From an uncultured Chloroflexia bacterium (lineage in GTDB: Bacteria > Chloroflexota > Chloroflexia > Thermomicrobiales > CFX8): DNA of 64,000 nucleotides. Below, piece after piece: positions 32,682-43,538 of the stretch. The notes under the pieces were generated by a model. That model was not told the DNA's origin and did not search any database. It was given only the letters and a program-made list of their open reading frames with translations. How positions within the stretch are numbered: position 1 is the stretch's first letter; every line of letters begins with the position of its first letter. A program made the position numbers and the translations under genes. The stretch spans positions 53,731 through 117,730 of the forward strand of contig CAVXOL010000020.1 of the NCBI GenBank assembly GCA_963763325.1, in the 5' to 3' direction.

Positions 32682-34903
32682 GTGGAAGATCAACGGACCC
32701 AGATCATCGATCGAGCAAGGGAATGGCTCGAACGTCGGCGACTGGAGCGTCAGCCGCAAGATCATCACGCTCGTCGCCGTCCTGACCCTCGTGCCGCTGG
32801 TCGCGATGACGGTCATGACCTACGTCCAGTCGTCGTCGGCACTCAACAGCGAGATCGACCAGTCGCTCGAGCAGCAGGCGCTCACCTCGGCCGAGGCGCT
32901 CGACAACGCGATCCAGAAAGCGGCCCAGGATACGCTGCTGCTGACGACCAACGAGTTCCTCTTCTCACAGTCGGTCGGCATCGGCACCAAGCAGGACTTC
33001 CTCAACAAGCACGACGGTGTCTGGGGTTACGGTGACCTGGCCGTCTTCACCACTGACGGTGCCCTCTTCGCCGGCACCGGTGAGAACTACACCGATCAGG
33101 CAACCGAAGCCTATTGGGACGATGTCGTGACCTTGCCAGCAGGCCAGGTCTATTTCTCCGACATCGCCGTTGATGCCGGATCGGGCCAGATGGCCGTCCA
33201 GGTCGCCGCGCCTGCCTACAACGAGGCCGGCATCCTGCGCGGCGTCGTCCGGATGCTCTGGACCGCCGATAACCTCCAGAATGTCATGACCGGGCTCGGC
33301 ATCGAGTCCGACGTCCAGATCGACCTGATTAACACCCGCCACGCCGTCGTCGCCAGCACGCTCGGCGGTCAGATCGGCCGCGTCTATCCGGAGTCCGAAG
33401 CAGCCGCTGCCGCGCTGGCCGGCGGGCAGGACACCGTCAGCGAGTCAATCGTCGCGACGATCGACGGCGTCGATGTGACCAAGGACGTCATCACCGGCTA
33501 CGCACCGATCCGTGGAGACGAGCGGTTGGCCGGTCTCGGCTGGGGCGTGCTCGTCCACAAGGACGCCGACGCCGCATTCGCGCCAATCGCCACAATCCGC
33601 AACTTCGCGCATCGTCCTGCTGCTGGTCGTCAGCGTCATCGCGCTGGCTGCCGCCTGGTACTTCGGTCGCAAGCTGGTCGAGCCGATCCGCAACCTGGCC
33701 GACGTCTCCGCTCGCGTCCGCGAGGGCGATATGACCGCCCGCGCGACCGTCATGAGCCAGGACGAAGTCGGTCAGACGGCCGCTTCGGTCAACCAGATGC
33801 TCGATGAGATCACCGCTCTGGTTCAGACGAAGGAAGAGCGCGACAACCTGCAGCGCCAGATCACCGGCCTGCTGATGGAAGTCTCCGACGTCGCCGAAGG
33901 AGACCTGACCGTCGAGGCGCAGGTGACGGCCGACACGCTCGGATCGGTCGCCGACGCGTTCAATTACATGATCGGCGAGCTGCGCCAGATTATTTCCAAC
34001 GTCAACGAAACGACGGTCGCCGTCAGCAACTCGTCGGCCGACATTCTGCAAACCTCGGCCTCGCTGGCTCGCGCCTCCGAGACGCAGGCCAGGCAGATCG
34101 CCGACACGTCGCAGGCCGTGACCGAGATGTCGCTCTCGATTCAGCAGGTGTCGCAGAACGCGACCGTTTCTGCCGAAGTCGCCCGTGAAGCGCGCACCAA
34201 TGCTCAGGCCGGATCGAAGGCCGTGAACGCGACGATCGAGGGGATGCAGCGTATCCGCTCTGAGGTCCAGGAAACGTCGCGTACGATTAAGCGGCTCGGC
34301 GAGAGCTCGCAGGAGATCGGCCAGATCGTCCAGCTCATTGAAGAAATCGCCAACCAGACGAACCTGCTCGCCCTCAATGCCGCCATCCAGGCCGCGATGG
34401 CTGGTGAGCACGGACGTGGCTTCGCCGTCGTCGCCGAAGAAGTCCGCCGCCTGGCCGAACGCGCCGCAACCGCGACGCGTCAGATCAACGGCCTCGTCAC
34501 CAGCATTCAGACCGAGACGGCGGAAGCGGTCGTCTCGATGGACAACAGCACCCGCGAGGTCGTCGCCGGCTCACGACTGGCCGACGAAGCCGGAGGCGCG
34601 CTGGTCCAGATCGACGGCGTCGTCGGTCGTCTGTCCGAGCTGATCGACGCCATCTCCGGCGCCGCCGAACAGCAGGCGCAGGCATCGGTCGAGATCACCC
34701 AGGCGATGACCAACATCTCCGAAATCACCCAGACGACATCGACCGGTACGTTGCAGGCGGCAGAGTCGGTCAACCACCTGGCCTCGCTCGCCGAGCGGCT
34801 GCGCCAGTCGGTCTCGACCTTCAAGCTCAGCCGTGACAACGAACCACGCCCGGCACGACCGGACTGGAACTACGGCGTCGGCATCGCGGCGGACGGCGAT
34901 TAG
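32682..34903 (+). CDS. Methyl-accepting chemotaxis protein, PilJ-like (TM-Cache-TM-HAMP-MA; indels near 32735 and 33610)
   Basis: [53 protein letters not shown]; extracytoplasmic Cache-like region. Confidence 0.93.
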
Positions 34904-34904
34904 T

Positions 34905-34985
34905 CGGGAATCGTGGTTCGGGAATCGGGAATCGAGGATCGATGCGCTCGGATCCCGATCCTCGATTCCCGAACCACGATTCCCG
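34905..34985. repeat. Inverted heptamer array (CGGGAAT / ATTCCCG units)
   Basis: Variant units are mirrored across the arms (CGTGGTT/AACCACG, CGAGGAT/ATCCTCG). Confidence 0.85.
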
Positions 34986-35002
34986 CCCCAAAGGGGAAAC
35001 AG

Positions 35003-38000
35003 ATGGCCAAACACGGCGAAAGCGAACTGATCGACAATTTCATCATGGAGCTTCAGCCGTACCTGGCGCTGATCGATCAGGCGGTTGAGGAACTGGCACG
35101 GCCCGCTCCGGACCCGCAGGTTGTCAGTCAGGCGACTGAGTCCCTTGCGATCATCCGCGACGCCAGCGGCGTCCTTGCCTTCGCGGGGCTCGTCGCACTG
35201 GCGCGCGCACTCGAAGACACGATCGAAGACCTGCTCGACTCGGTCACGCCCGACCCCGATCAGAAGCTCGTCCGAGCGCGGGCGCTGTCGGTCGGCATCC
35301 ACCGGTACATGGACGCGCTGGCCGACGGCCACGACACCGATGAGTTGGTCAGCCGTGTTCTGGCGCCATTCGAAGCGCCGTTCGAGGAGTTGGCGACCGA
35401 GGTCGTTGCGGAACCTCATGTTGTGCCGGTGACCGCTAGCGAACTCGATTCCAGCGACTTTGTCTCAGGCGAGGCTGATCCCGAATTGCGGGAGATCTTC
35501 GAAGAGGAAGCCACCGAACTGGTCGCCTCGTTCACGCGCGGCGCGCTGATGCTCGTCAGCGCACCTGACCGGCCCACATTGCTGACTGGCCTGCGGCGTG
35601 ATGCCCACACCATCAAGGGCGCCGCCAACATGACCGGCTTTCCACTGATCGGGTCGGTCGGAGCCTCGATCGAGACGTTGCTTGATGCCCACATCGAGGG
35701 CGACGTCCCAGTCGAGCGCGAGACGCTCGGCGTCGTCCTCAGCGCTCGCAAGCTGCTGACTGGCATGCTGGAGACTCTCGACGACCTCGTTCAGTTCATC
35801 GAGCCGGCCAGGGCGCTGAACGAGCGCGCCAACGCGATTACCGCCCGGATTGCCCCGTTCGGTCTGCCCAGCGCTGAGAGAGACGACGAACCCGCTGCGG
35901 ACACAATCGCCTTCGAGCAGCCTGTCGTCATCGAAGCTCAGGGAACAGAAAAACCCTTCGAACTTGAGCCTGCCGACATCGCGATCGCCGTCACAGATGC
36001 GCTGTCCCCCAATGAGTCAGCCGAGGTCGATGCCGAAGCGAATCAGCCGGCCGATGTCGTCCACAGCGCCGACACCGAATCGATCGTCAACGATCTCGTT
36101 GAGCAGGAAATCGAATCCGACACTATCCCAGGCGTCATGGAGCTGGACGAAGCAGCCACACGACTCACCATCGACGTTCCGGCCGATGAGATCGCGTCCG
36201 TCTGGGATGCTCTCGAGCCGACAGTCCCGAACGATAGCGCGGACACGCCATTCGTTGATATCGAGCCACAGGCAAGCGGATCGACCGAACCGGTGGATTC
36301 CGACTTCAGCCCGACGACCGATGGCGGGCTGAATCCGGGCGACGACGAATGCATTCCAGCCGCCGAAGTCGAGCCACAGATTGAAGAGATCCTCGTAGAT
36401 GAGTTCGTCGTTGACGAGAGTCTGGCTGCGGAGGATCTGGTTGATGAGCCTACGGTTGATGAACTCCTCAGTGAGGAGTCACCTGGTACCGAGTCTCCCG
36501 TGGACGAGCCTGAGCTCGACGTCTATGAGATCGCTGCCGAGATCGCAATGCTGGCGCGGTTGCGAACCTCGCTCCAGCCGCAGAACGCAATGTTCTTTCC
36601 GACCGACGCCAGTGATCTGACCAACGACATCGACGCCTTGACAGCCGAAATCGTCGACAGTGGTGCAGGCGACCTGACCGCTGTGCCTGCGGCACTCGAT
36701 GCGGAAGCGGCAGGCGATCCGGAGTTGATCTCCGAAGAAGTCACGCCGATTATCGATCGCATCGACCGTGTCCATCCTCATCCGATCACCCTGGCTGGGA
36801 TGGTCCAGGACGAAGAGCTCGCTCGGCCATGCGCTCCTTGACCTGGCCTTCGAAACCTCCGATGCGCCAGAGATCATCCGACCGGTCATTGCCGACACGT
36901 TCGTCAGCGACGAGCGCATGCAGCAGGAGTTGCGCGAGACGTTCGCGGTCGAGGCTGCCGAGCATGCTGACAGCTTGACGCTGGCGGCGATGGCGCTCGA
37001 ACGCGATCCCGAGAGTGTCGATGCCCTGCGTGAGTTGACCCGCGTCCTCCACACGCTCAAGGGAGCGGCGGCGGCGGCCGGCTTCGACGAGATCGGCGAA
37101 CGCTGCCACGCCATCGAGGACAACCTGGCCGCTGGAACCGACATCGACCGCGCCTTCACCGACCAGGTCCTGGAACTGGCCTCGCAGATCGAACAGGCGA
37201 CCGGCGTCGAGAGGCTGGCCGACATGCTGGTCGAAGATGCTGCCACGACCGAACCGGCCCAGGCACCAGCACGCACGGCTGGCGACCTGCGCGTCGAGAT
37301 GCGCAGGCTGGACGGACTGCTCAACCTTGTCGGGGAGCTGGTCATCAACCGCTCGACGCTCGACCAGCGCCTGCAACGCCTCAGTGCCTCGCTCGATGAG
37401 CTGGGCCATATGACCGACCGCCTCCGTCGTTCGGGGCAGACGCTCGAACGCGTCGCCGGCGAAGCCAGCCTGTTTGGACCGCTGCCGCTACCCGGAGACA
37501 ACCGGATCGTTGCCATCAACGACCACGCCCTGCGGCACGAGTTCGACACGCTCGAGATGGACCGCTACACCGACCTCGATGTCCTCGCCCGCGAGCTGGG
37601 CGAAGTTGCCTCAGATATCGCTGCCGTCGCTGGCGAGGTCCGCAACCTGCGCGGTGACTTCGAGACCGTCTCCACCCACCAGCGCCGCCTGACGAACGAC
37701 ATCCAGGACGAGCTGATGGACATCCGGATGGTGCCGCTGGCGACGCTCTCGCCATTGCTACACCGCGTCGTCCGGCGTGTTGCCAACGAGTGCGGCAAGG
37801 ATGTCGACCTCGTGATCGAGGGCAGCGAGATCGCCTTCGACAAGGCGCTGGTCGATGCACTCAGCGATGCACTCCTGCACCTGCTGCGCAATGCTGTCGA
37901 CCACGGCATCGAGCCGGTGGCTGTCCGCACCCTCATCAACAAGCCCGCCCATGGCCGGATCGTCGTCCGCGCCTGGCAGGATCGGGGCAACGCCGTCGTT

Positions 38001-39113
38001 GAAGTCATCGACGACGGCGGCGGCATCGACACTGCCCGGCTGGTCGAACGCGCCCGTGCCTACGGCTTCATCACCGCCGAGCACGTCTCCGAGGCCGAGG
38101 CGCTCCAACTCATGTTCCTGCCGGGCTTCACGACCCGCGACAGTGCCAACAGTATCTCCGGTCGTGGCGTCGGGCTTGACGCCGTCCGCGAGGCGGTCGA
38201 GCGTGTCAAGGGCCGCGTCACGGTCGATACGAAGCCCGGCGCCGGGACGATTTTCCAGCTCCGCCTGCCGGTCATGCTGGCCGTCGCCCAGGCCTTCCTG
38301 GTCGAAGCCGGTGGCCGCCGCTACGCTGTTCCGCTGGCCGATGTCGACTTCGTCGCCGACCGCCGCCAGGCGAAGCTCAGCCGCGTCGGCAACGCCGCCC
38401 TGGTCGAGATCAACGACACCGTCATCCCGGCCATCGACCTCGCCACCCGCCTGGCTGGCGACAGCGACCGGCTCAACGAGGAGACCGGCTGGCTGCTCGT
38501 TACTCGCAGCGGTGGCGAGGCGCGGGCTATGCGCGTCGATGCCCTCGACGGCCAGCAGGAGATCGTCGTCAAGCCGCTGGGCCGCTACCTGAGCGCTGCC
38601 CCCGGCGTGACCGGCGCGACGATCCTCGGCGACGGCCAGATTGCGCTCATCATCGACGTCACCGAAGTGACCAGCAAGCGCCTGATCTCCGAACCGGCCG
38701 CCCAGCCGACCTCGATCGACAGCGGCCACCCCGGCGTCGGGACAGCCCTGATCGTCGACGACTCGCTCTCTGTCCGCCGCGTTCTGGCCCGCACCCTCGA
38801 ACGCCATGGGTGGACGACCATCCAGGCCCACGACGGCGTCGAAGCACTCGAGATGGTCCAGACCGGCGGGATCGACATCGTCGTCACCGACATCGAGATG
38901 CCCCGGATGGACGGCTTCGAGCTGATCAACTCGCTCCGCCGTGGCGGCTGGCAGACGCTACCGGTCGTCGTCCTGACTTCGCGATCGAGCAGCAAGCACC
39001 GCGATAAAGCTATCGAGCTCGGCGCGAACGCCTACATCGTCAAGCCGTTCCAGGAGCAGGAGCTGCTCCAGACGCTCGAACGCGAAACGGTCGCGATCCG
39101 TGTCGCAGGATAA
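35003..39113 (+). CDS. cheA: CheA/ChpA-like hybrid kinase (multiple Hpt, HATPase, CheW, REC; indel near 36830)
   Basis: AHTIKGAA, LHTLKGAA, LDGLLNLVGELVINR, LLRNAVDHGIE, SGRGVGLDAV, TDIEMPRMDG. Confidence 0.95.
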
Positions 39114-39123
39114 GGGGAAGCGT

Positions 39124-39312
39124 ATGAAGCGGCTGCTACAGGACGACAACGTGACTCCCCCAGTCATTCTGGCCCGCGTTGAGAAAACACCGTTGACACT
39201 GGTACCTGACTCCGATGACGGAACCAACGCCACAACGCCTCTCGAGGACAACATCTGGCGCCTCTCCGCGCTGGAGGCACAGACCGCCGACCGGGACGAG
39301 GAGCCGGCCTAG
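39124..39312 (+). CDS. Small hypothetical protein in the chemosensory operon
   Basis: AAGGGG RBS; stop directly abuts the next ATG at 39313. Confidence 0.45.
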   Translation: MKRLLQDDNVTPPVILARVEKTPLTLVPDSDDGTNATTPLEDNIWRLSALEAQTADRDEEPA

Positions 39313-40200
39313 ATGCTCGCGACCGCACCACCGCGCACAGCGCTTCCGTCACCCACATCGCGTCCCGAGACCACCGACATCATCCGCGTCGAAATCGGTG
39401 GCGTCGGTTTCGCGCTGCCGCTGGCAGCCATCGCCACGATCCTCTCGCCATCAGCGATGACAACCAGTGGATCGGGCCAGAGTTGGGCCGGTGCCGTCCT
39501 CAGTCGTGGCGGCGAGATCCCAATCGCTGACGGCCGGACGATCTTCGAACTTGACGGCCCAACAATTGACGACCAACGGCTGCTGATCCTGCGTGGAAGT
39601 CCGGCCACTGGCCTGCTTGTCGATGCCATCTACGGCACGACAACGCTCCCGGCCAGCGACATCGAGTGGCTCTCGCCGCTCTTTGGTTCCGTCGACCGAC
39701 TGCTGACCCACGCTGTCGCCTGGCAGACCGACGGTGCACTCGACCTCGTCATCGACATACCCGCCCTGCGCCGACATCTCCACGCCAAACCCGATGAAAC
39801 CCCATCCGGCGCGACCGCGGCGACCGCCGCCCTCTTCGCAACCCCGCCGATCGGCGACTGCCTCGAACTCCGACTCGACGCCAGCGACCGCACCTGGCTA
39901 CTGCCAATCGACTACGTCCGCCACATCAGCGACCCACGCCCACCGGCCCGCCTCCCTCGCACCACCCCCACCATCCTCGGCCTCCTCGCCTGGCGCCGTG
40001 AACCGATCCCCCTCATCGACACCGCCCACGCCCTCGGCCTGCCCGAATCTACTCCCACCACCCTCATCGTCATCGGCCCAGCCTCCCAACCCGACGACGC
40101 CCTCCTCGCCCTCACCATCACCGCCGTCATCGGCGTCGCCCCCACCGGCTCGACTGCTCCGCTCCTCGACCTCGCAGAGGTTGTGCGTCGTCTGGGATGA
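39313..40200 (+). CDS. Tandem CheW-like domain protein
   Basis: FALPLAAI..GAVLSRGGEIPIAD and LLPIDYV..LPRTTPTILGLLAWRREPIPLID. Confidence 0.8.
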   Translation: MLATAPPRTALPSPTSRPETTDIIRVEIGGVGFALPLAAIATILSPSAMTTSGSGQSWAGAVLSRGGEIPIADGRTIFELDGPTIDDQRLLILRGSPATGLLVDAIYGTTTLPASDIEWLSPLFGSVDRLLTHAVAWQTDGALDLVIDIPALRRHLHAKPDETPSGATAATAALFATPPIGDCLELRLDASDRTWLLPIDYVRHISDPRPPARLPRTTPTILGLLAWRREPIPLIDTAHALGLPESTPTTLIVIGPASQPDDALLALTITAVIGVAPTGSTAPLLDLAEVVRRLG

Positions 40201-40336
40201 CGGTCCATCTGAAACAAGGTTTCCATCCCGAGCGTTGCGCCCGTCACACAACCGGGCCTACAATCGCGTTTACCATATCGTCGTCTCCGCCATGAATCTG
40301 AATGATTGATAGTTCTCTCGAATCGCCAACAGTTCG

Positions 40337-40471
40337 ATGACCTGCATCATCGACGAGATTGATCGGGTGCTGGCCGAGCACTACAGGTTCACGGACGAGG
40401 AACTGGACTTCATCATCAACTACGACATCAAGTGACGGATGGGGCGTGATGGGCTGGCCGGCGACGAGTGA
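40337..40471 (+). pseudogene. C-terminal remnant of an Eco57I/type IIG-like DNA methyltransferase (not in ORF track)
   Basis: IIDEIDRVLAEHYRFTDEELDFIINYDIK*RMGRDG; in-frame TGA at 40433; no upstream coding body. Confidence 0.7.
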
Positions 40472-40743
40472 GCGGACGCGACGATCTGGAGACGCGATTC
40501 ACACTGACGCAACACGCGCGTGACCAGATCGAGGATCGCGAGATTTCGATTGAGTGGGTCGCGCGAACGCTGCTCAATCCAGCGATGGTCGAGATGGACT
40601 GCACCGATCCCGAGCTACGCCACGCGCTGGCGCGCGTTCCAGAATATGACAACCGTGTGCTGCGCGTCGTCTACAATCAGACGACAACGCCACCCCGGAT
40701 TGTCACGGTGTACTTCGATCGAGGGCAAAGGAACCGGCTGTGA
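40468..40743 (+). CDS. DUF4258 protein (putative toxin)
   Basis: LTQHARDQIEDREI..RVLRVVYN..IVTVYFDR; GTGA overlaps at both ends. Confidence 0.85.
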   Translation: MSGRDDLETRFTLTQHARDQIEDREISIEWVARTLLNPAMVEMDCTDPELRHALARVPEYDNRVLRVVYNQTTTPPRIVTVYFDRGQRNRL

Positions 40744-40940
40744 AAGTACGCTTTGATGAAGAGGCCGATGCGCTTTACATCCGTCTCAGCGACGCCCGCA
40801 TCATCGAGTCCGAAGAAGTCCAGCCGGGAATCATCCTCGACTTCGACGACGAGAGTCACGTTGTCGGGATCGAGGTCCTGCGCGTCTCGCGGCATGTCCC
40901 AGGCTTCAACCTGAAGCAGCTTCAGGTCGACGTTGCGTAG
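40740..40940 (+). CDS. DUF2283 protein (putative antitoxin)
   Basis: FDEEADALYIRL..SEEVQPGIILDFD..VVGIEVL. Confidence 0.9.
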   Translation: MKVRFDEEADALYIRLSDARIIESEEVQPGIILDFDDESHVVGIEVLRVSRHVPGFNLKQLQVDVA

Positions 40941-40992
40941 CGGTGGCGCGCGACGAGCTGGGCGCGGTCGGGACGAGTGAGCGAGGATAACT

Positions 40993-42861
40993 GTGAGCGT
41001 TGAGTCACCCCTGTTCGCACTTCTGCGCGAGCGGTTGCGGGTGCCGGAAGATCTGGAGTTGGAGTTCAAGGCGGCGCGTGGCGGGCTGCCGAAGAGCCTC
41101 TGGCCGACCGTAAGCGCGTTCGCGAACACGATCGGAGGCTGGATCATCCTTGGGGTCGACGAGCAGTCACTATTCGAGGTCGTTGGCATCCCCGATCCCC
41201 CGGCGATGCTCCAGAGTTTCTACGATCAGATGCGCAATCCGCAGAAGATCAGTCAACCTGTCTGTGGGGCGATGGACGCATCGATCGAACAAACGAATGG
41301 CACATCGATCATCGTAATTCGCGTCCCGGCTACGGCTCGCCGCGAGCGGCCGGTCTACATCAATGGCAACCCATACCTTGGAACCTACGTGCGCCGGCAC
41401 GCGGGTGACTACCATTGCACCAAGCCCGAAGTCGACCGCATGATGCGCGAGGCGTCTAACGATGCTTCAGATTCAGCGATCCTTCAGTACTACACGCTCA
41501 ATGACCTGGACCCAACAACGCTCGCCAGCTACCGACGGCGCTTCCAGACGTTGAATCCAGAGTCGCCATGGAACACATATGACGACCAACGCTTCCTTGA
41601 AGCGATCCGCGCCTACCGGAGGGATCGTGAATCCGGAGCTGAAGGGATTACCGTCGCTGGCCTCCTGCTGCTCGGAACCAATGGCGCAATCCGGGATTGG
41701 CGAAGCCGCCACCTCATCGATTTCCGGCTTATCCCCAGCGAGGTCAATCTGGATACCCGGTGGGACGATCGCGTGCCGTGGGAGGGCAATCTTCTCGGCG
41801 CATTCGACACCATCGTTCCGCGGCTGACCGCAGATCTTCCCACGCCTTTCCGTCTACAAGGTGAAACGCGAGTAGATCAGAGTCCGGTCCATGTTGCCTT
41901 ACGTGAAGCACTCGTGAACCTGCTCGTCCACGCGGATTATTCCGAGGCCCAGGCATCGCTGATCCGCCGCTTTCCAGAAGGCTACTCGTTCCGTAACCCA
42001 GGCAACTCACGAGTTTCCGTCACCGACTTGATCAGTGGCGATCGCTCCGATCCGCGAAACCCCGATCTCGTGACGATGTTTCGACTGATCGGACTGGCGG
42101 AAGAAGCGGGCAGCGGCATGGCCAAGATCATCCAGTCATGGCGGGCGCTCGGCTTCCAACTCCCGGCGATTGATGTCGGAACTGAGCGCTACGAGTTCTC
42201 GCTGGAACTGCGCTACGCGCATTTTCTCCGCGACGACGACCGCGCATGGCTGATCTCGCTGGGTGATGACTGGAGTGAACCTGAGCAACTCGCGCTCGTT
42301 TCCGCTCGCCACACAGGAACAATTGACAACTTGACGCTCAGGAGTGTTACTGGTCTCCACTCGGCGGATGCGACACGCGTGCTACGCGGACTTCGCGATC
42401 GCGAACTCCTGCAGATGGTCGGTGGCGGTAGGTCCGCCCGGTATGAGCTAAGCCCCCAAGCACTCGCAGTTGCTATGCAGGTTGCTCTCCCGTTTGATGA
42501 CACCGGCACAGCGGACTCTACAAGTAAGGTGGAGAGCTCTACAGGTAGTGAAGGGAAGTCCACAGGTAACGAAGCGAAGTCTACAGGTACGGAGGACGAC
42601 TCCGTGGACGTACACCAACTTCTCCAGGAGATCGCGCGGCCCGCTCGCGAACGCCGGCGCCTCGATGCCACGACCCGCGACGATATCCTTGTGAAGCTCT
42701 GTACGGTTCAGCCGCTTTCCCTGCGTGAACTATCCAGGTTAATGGACCGCGACGAAGGGGCATTGAGAGAGATCATTCGGTCGCTCGTGAGTAGCGAGCG
42801 CATCTCGTTTCTGTACCCAGATCGCCCGAACCACCCGCAACAGAAGTACATTGCCGTCTAA
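40993..42861 (+). CDS. AlbA_2 (Schlafen-like)-HATPase_c_4-HTH protein
   Basis: LEFKAA..VSAFANTIGGWIILGVDE; REALVNLLVHADY; PRNP; AEEAGSGM; C-terminal PNHPQQKY. Confidence 0.9.
   Translation: MSVESPLFALLRERLRVPEDLELEFKAARGGLPKSLWPTVSAFANTIGGWIILGVDEQSLFEVVGIPDPPAMLQSFYDQMRNPQKISQPVCGAMDASIEQTNGTSIIVIRVPATARRERPVYINGNPYLGTYVRRHAGDYHCTKPEVDRMMREASNDASDSAILQYYTLNDLDPTTLASYRRRFQTLNPESPWNTYDDQRFLEAIRAYRRDRESGAEGITVAGLLLLGTNGAIRDWRSRHLIDFRLIPSEVNLDTRWDDRVPWEGNLLGAFDTIVPRLTADLPTPFRLQGETRVDQSPVHVALREALVNLLVHADYSEAQASLIRRFPEGYSFRNPGNSRVSVTDLISGDRSDPRNPDLVTMFRLIGLAEEAGSGMAKIIQSWRALGFQLPAIDVGTERYEFSLELRYAHFLRDDDRAWLISLGDDWSEPEQLALVSARHTGTIDNLTLRSVTGLHSADATRVLRGLRDRELLQMVGGGRSARYELSPQALAVAMQVALPFDDTGTADSTSKVESSTGSEGKSTGNEAKSTGTEDDSVDVHQLLQEIARPARERRRLDATTRDDILVKLCTVQPLSLRELSRLMDRDEGALREIIRSLVSSERISFLYPDRPNHPQQKYIAV
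42517..42588 (+). repeat. 21-bp coding tandem repeat (ST[SG]xxxx heptapeptide)
   Basis: TCYACARGT at 42517, 42538, 42559 and 42580. Confidence 0.8.
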
Positions 42862-42996
42862 TCAGGTGCAAGTGGCCTGCTAGCATCCTATTGACAGTTG
42901 ATAAGAACACACGCCGAAATCAATGAACATTGTCCATAGCCCTTAGGCAATGTTCATAGAGCAGGACCGATCCACGATGCGATCAAAGGTGTCACA

Positions 42997-43190
42997 TTGC
43001 ACGATCTGCTTGCAAGATATCGGCTGGTGCGAGGGCTTGATCGACCGCACATCGCGCTCTTCTGCTCGCGCAAATGCCCCGGCAACGTCATCCTGCGTGC
43101 CTGTGATCTGGCGGTCGTGCTGCGCGACGCCGGTCTGCCGGTCATCGGCGGCTTCCAGACACCAATGAAGCGCGAGATACTGGCCGTCCG
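42997..43190 (+). pseudogene. Truncated DprA/SMF-like protein
   Basis: IALFCSRKCPGNVIL..VIGGFQTPMKREIL; resemblance stops after this and no clear start. Confidence 0.6.
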
Positions 43191-43538
43191 ACGTCGCGCC
43201 ACCTACGCGAGCACCCTGAGATCGACAACCCACCGACCCAGAGCTACCGCCCACATTGCCAACCTGCCCAAACCCGGTCACAGTGTCACTGTTGGCCACC
43301 TTGGCCGCCTTGACCCCCTTACCCAACCAGTCCAACTGGCTCATCACGACCATTTCAACTGGCTCATCCAATGAGCATGATCAACTTGAGTTCACTCGAC
43401 TCACTTCTGCCGATGATCGTCAACACCATGAGCGCCTTGAGCACCTTGAACGCCTTGAGCGAACATGGCACACATATCGGCCCTCAAACCGTTCGAGTAA
43501 AGGGAAGCACCCATTGCGGCCGGGCAGCCACCCACCCG

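Noticed and set aside
34913..35002. N-terminal extensions in the ORF track (34913, 19637, 8396, 7574)
   Set aside because: They run through repeats or intergenic DNA; downstream starts fit RBS position or domain boundaries better.
40433..40435. In-frame TGA as selenocysteine or stop-codon recoding
   Set aside because: It falls at an expected Tyr position in a gene remnant, and TGA is used as a normal stop throughout the window.
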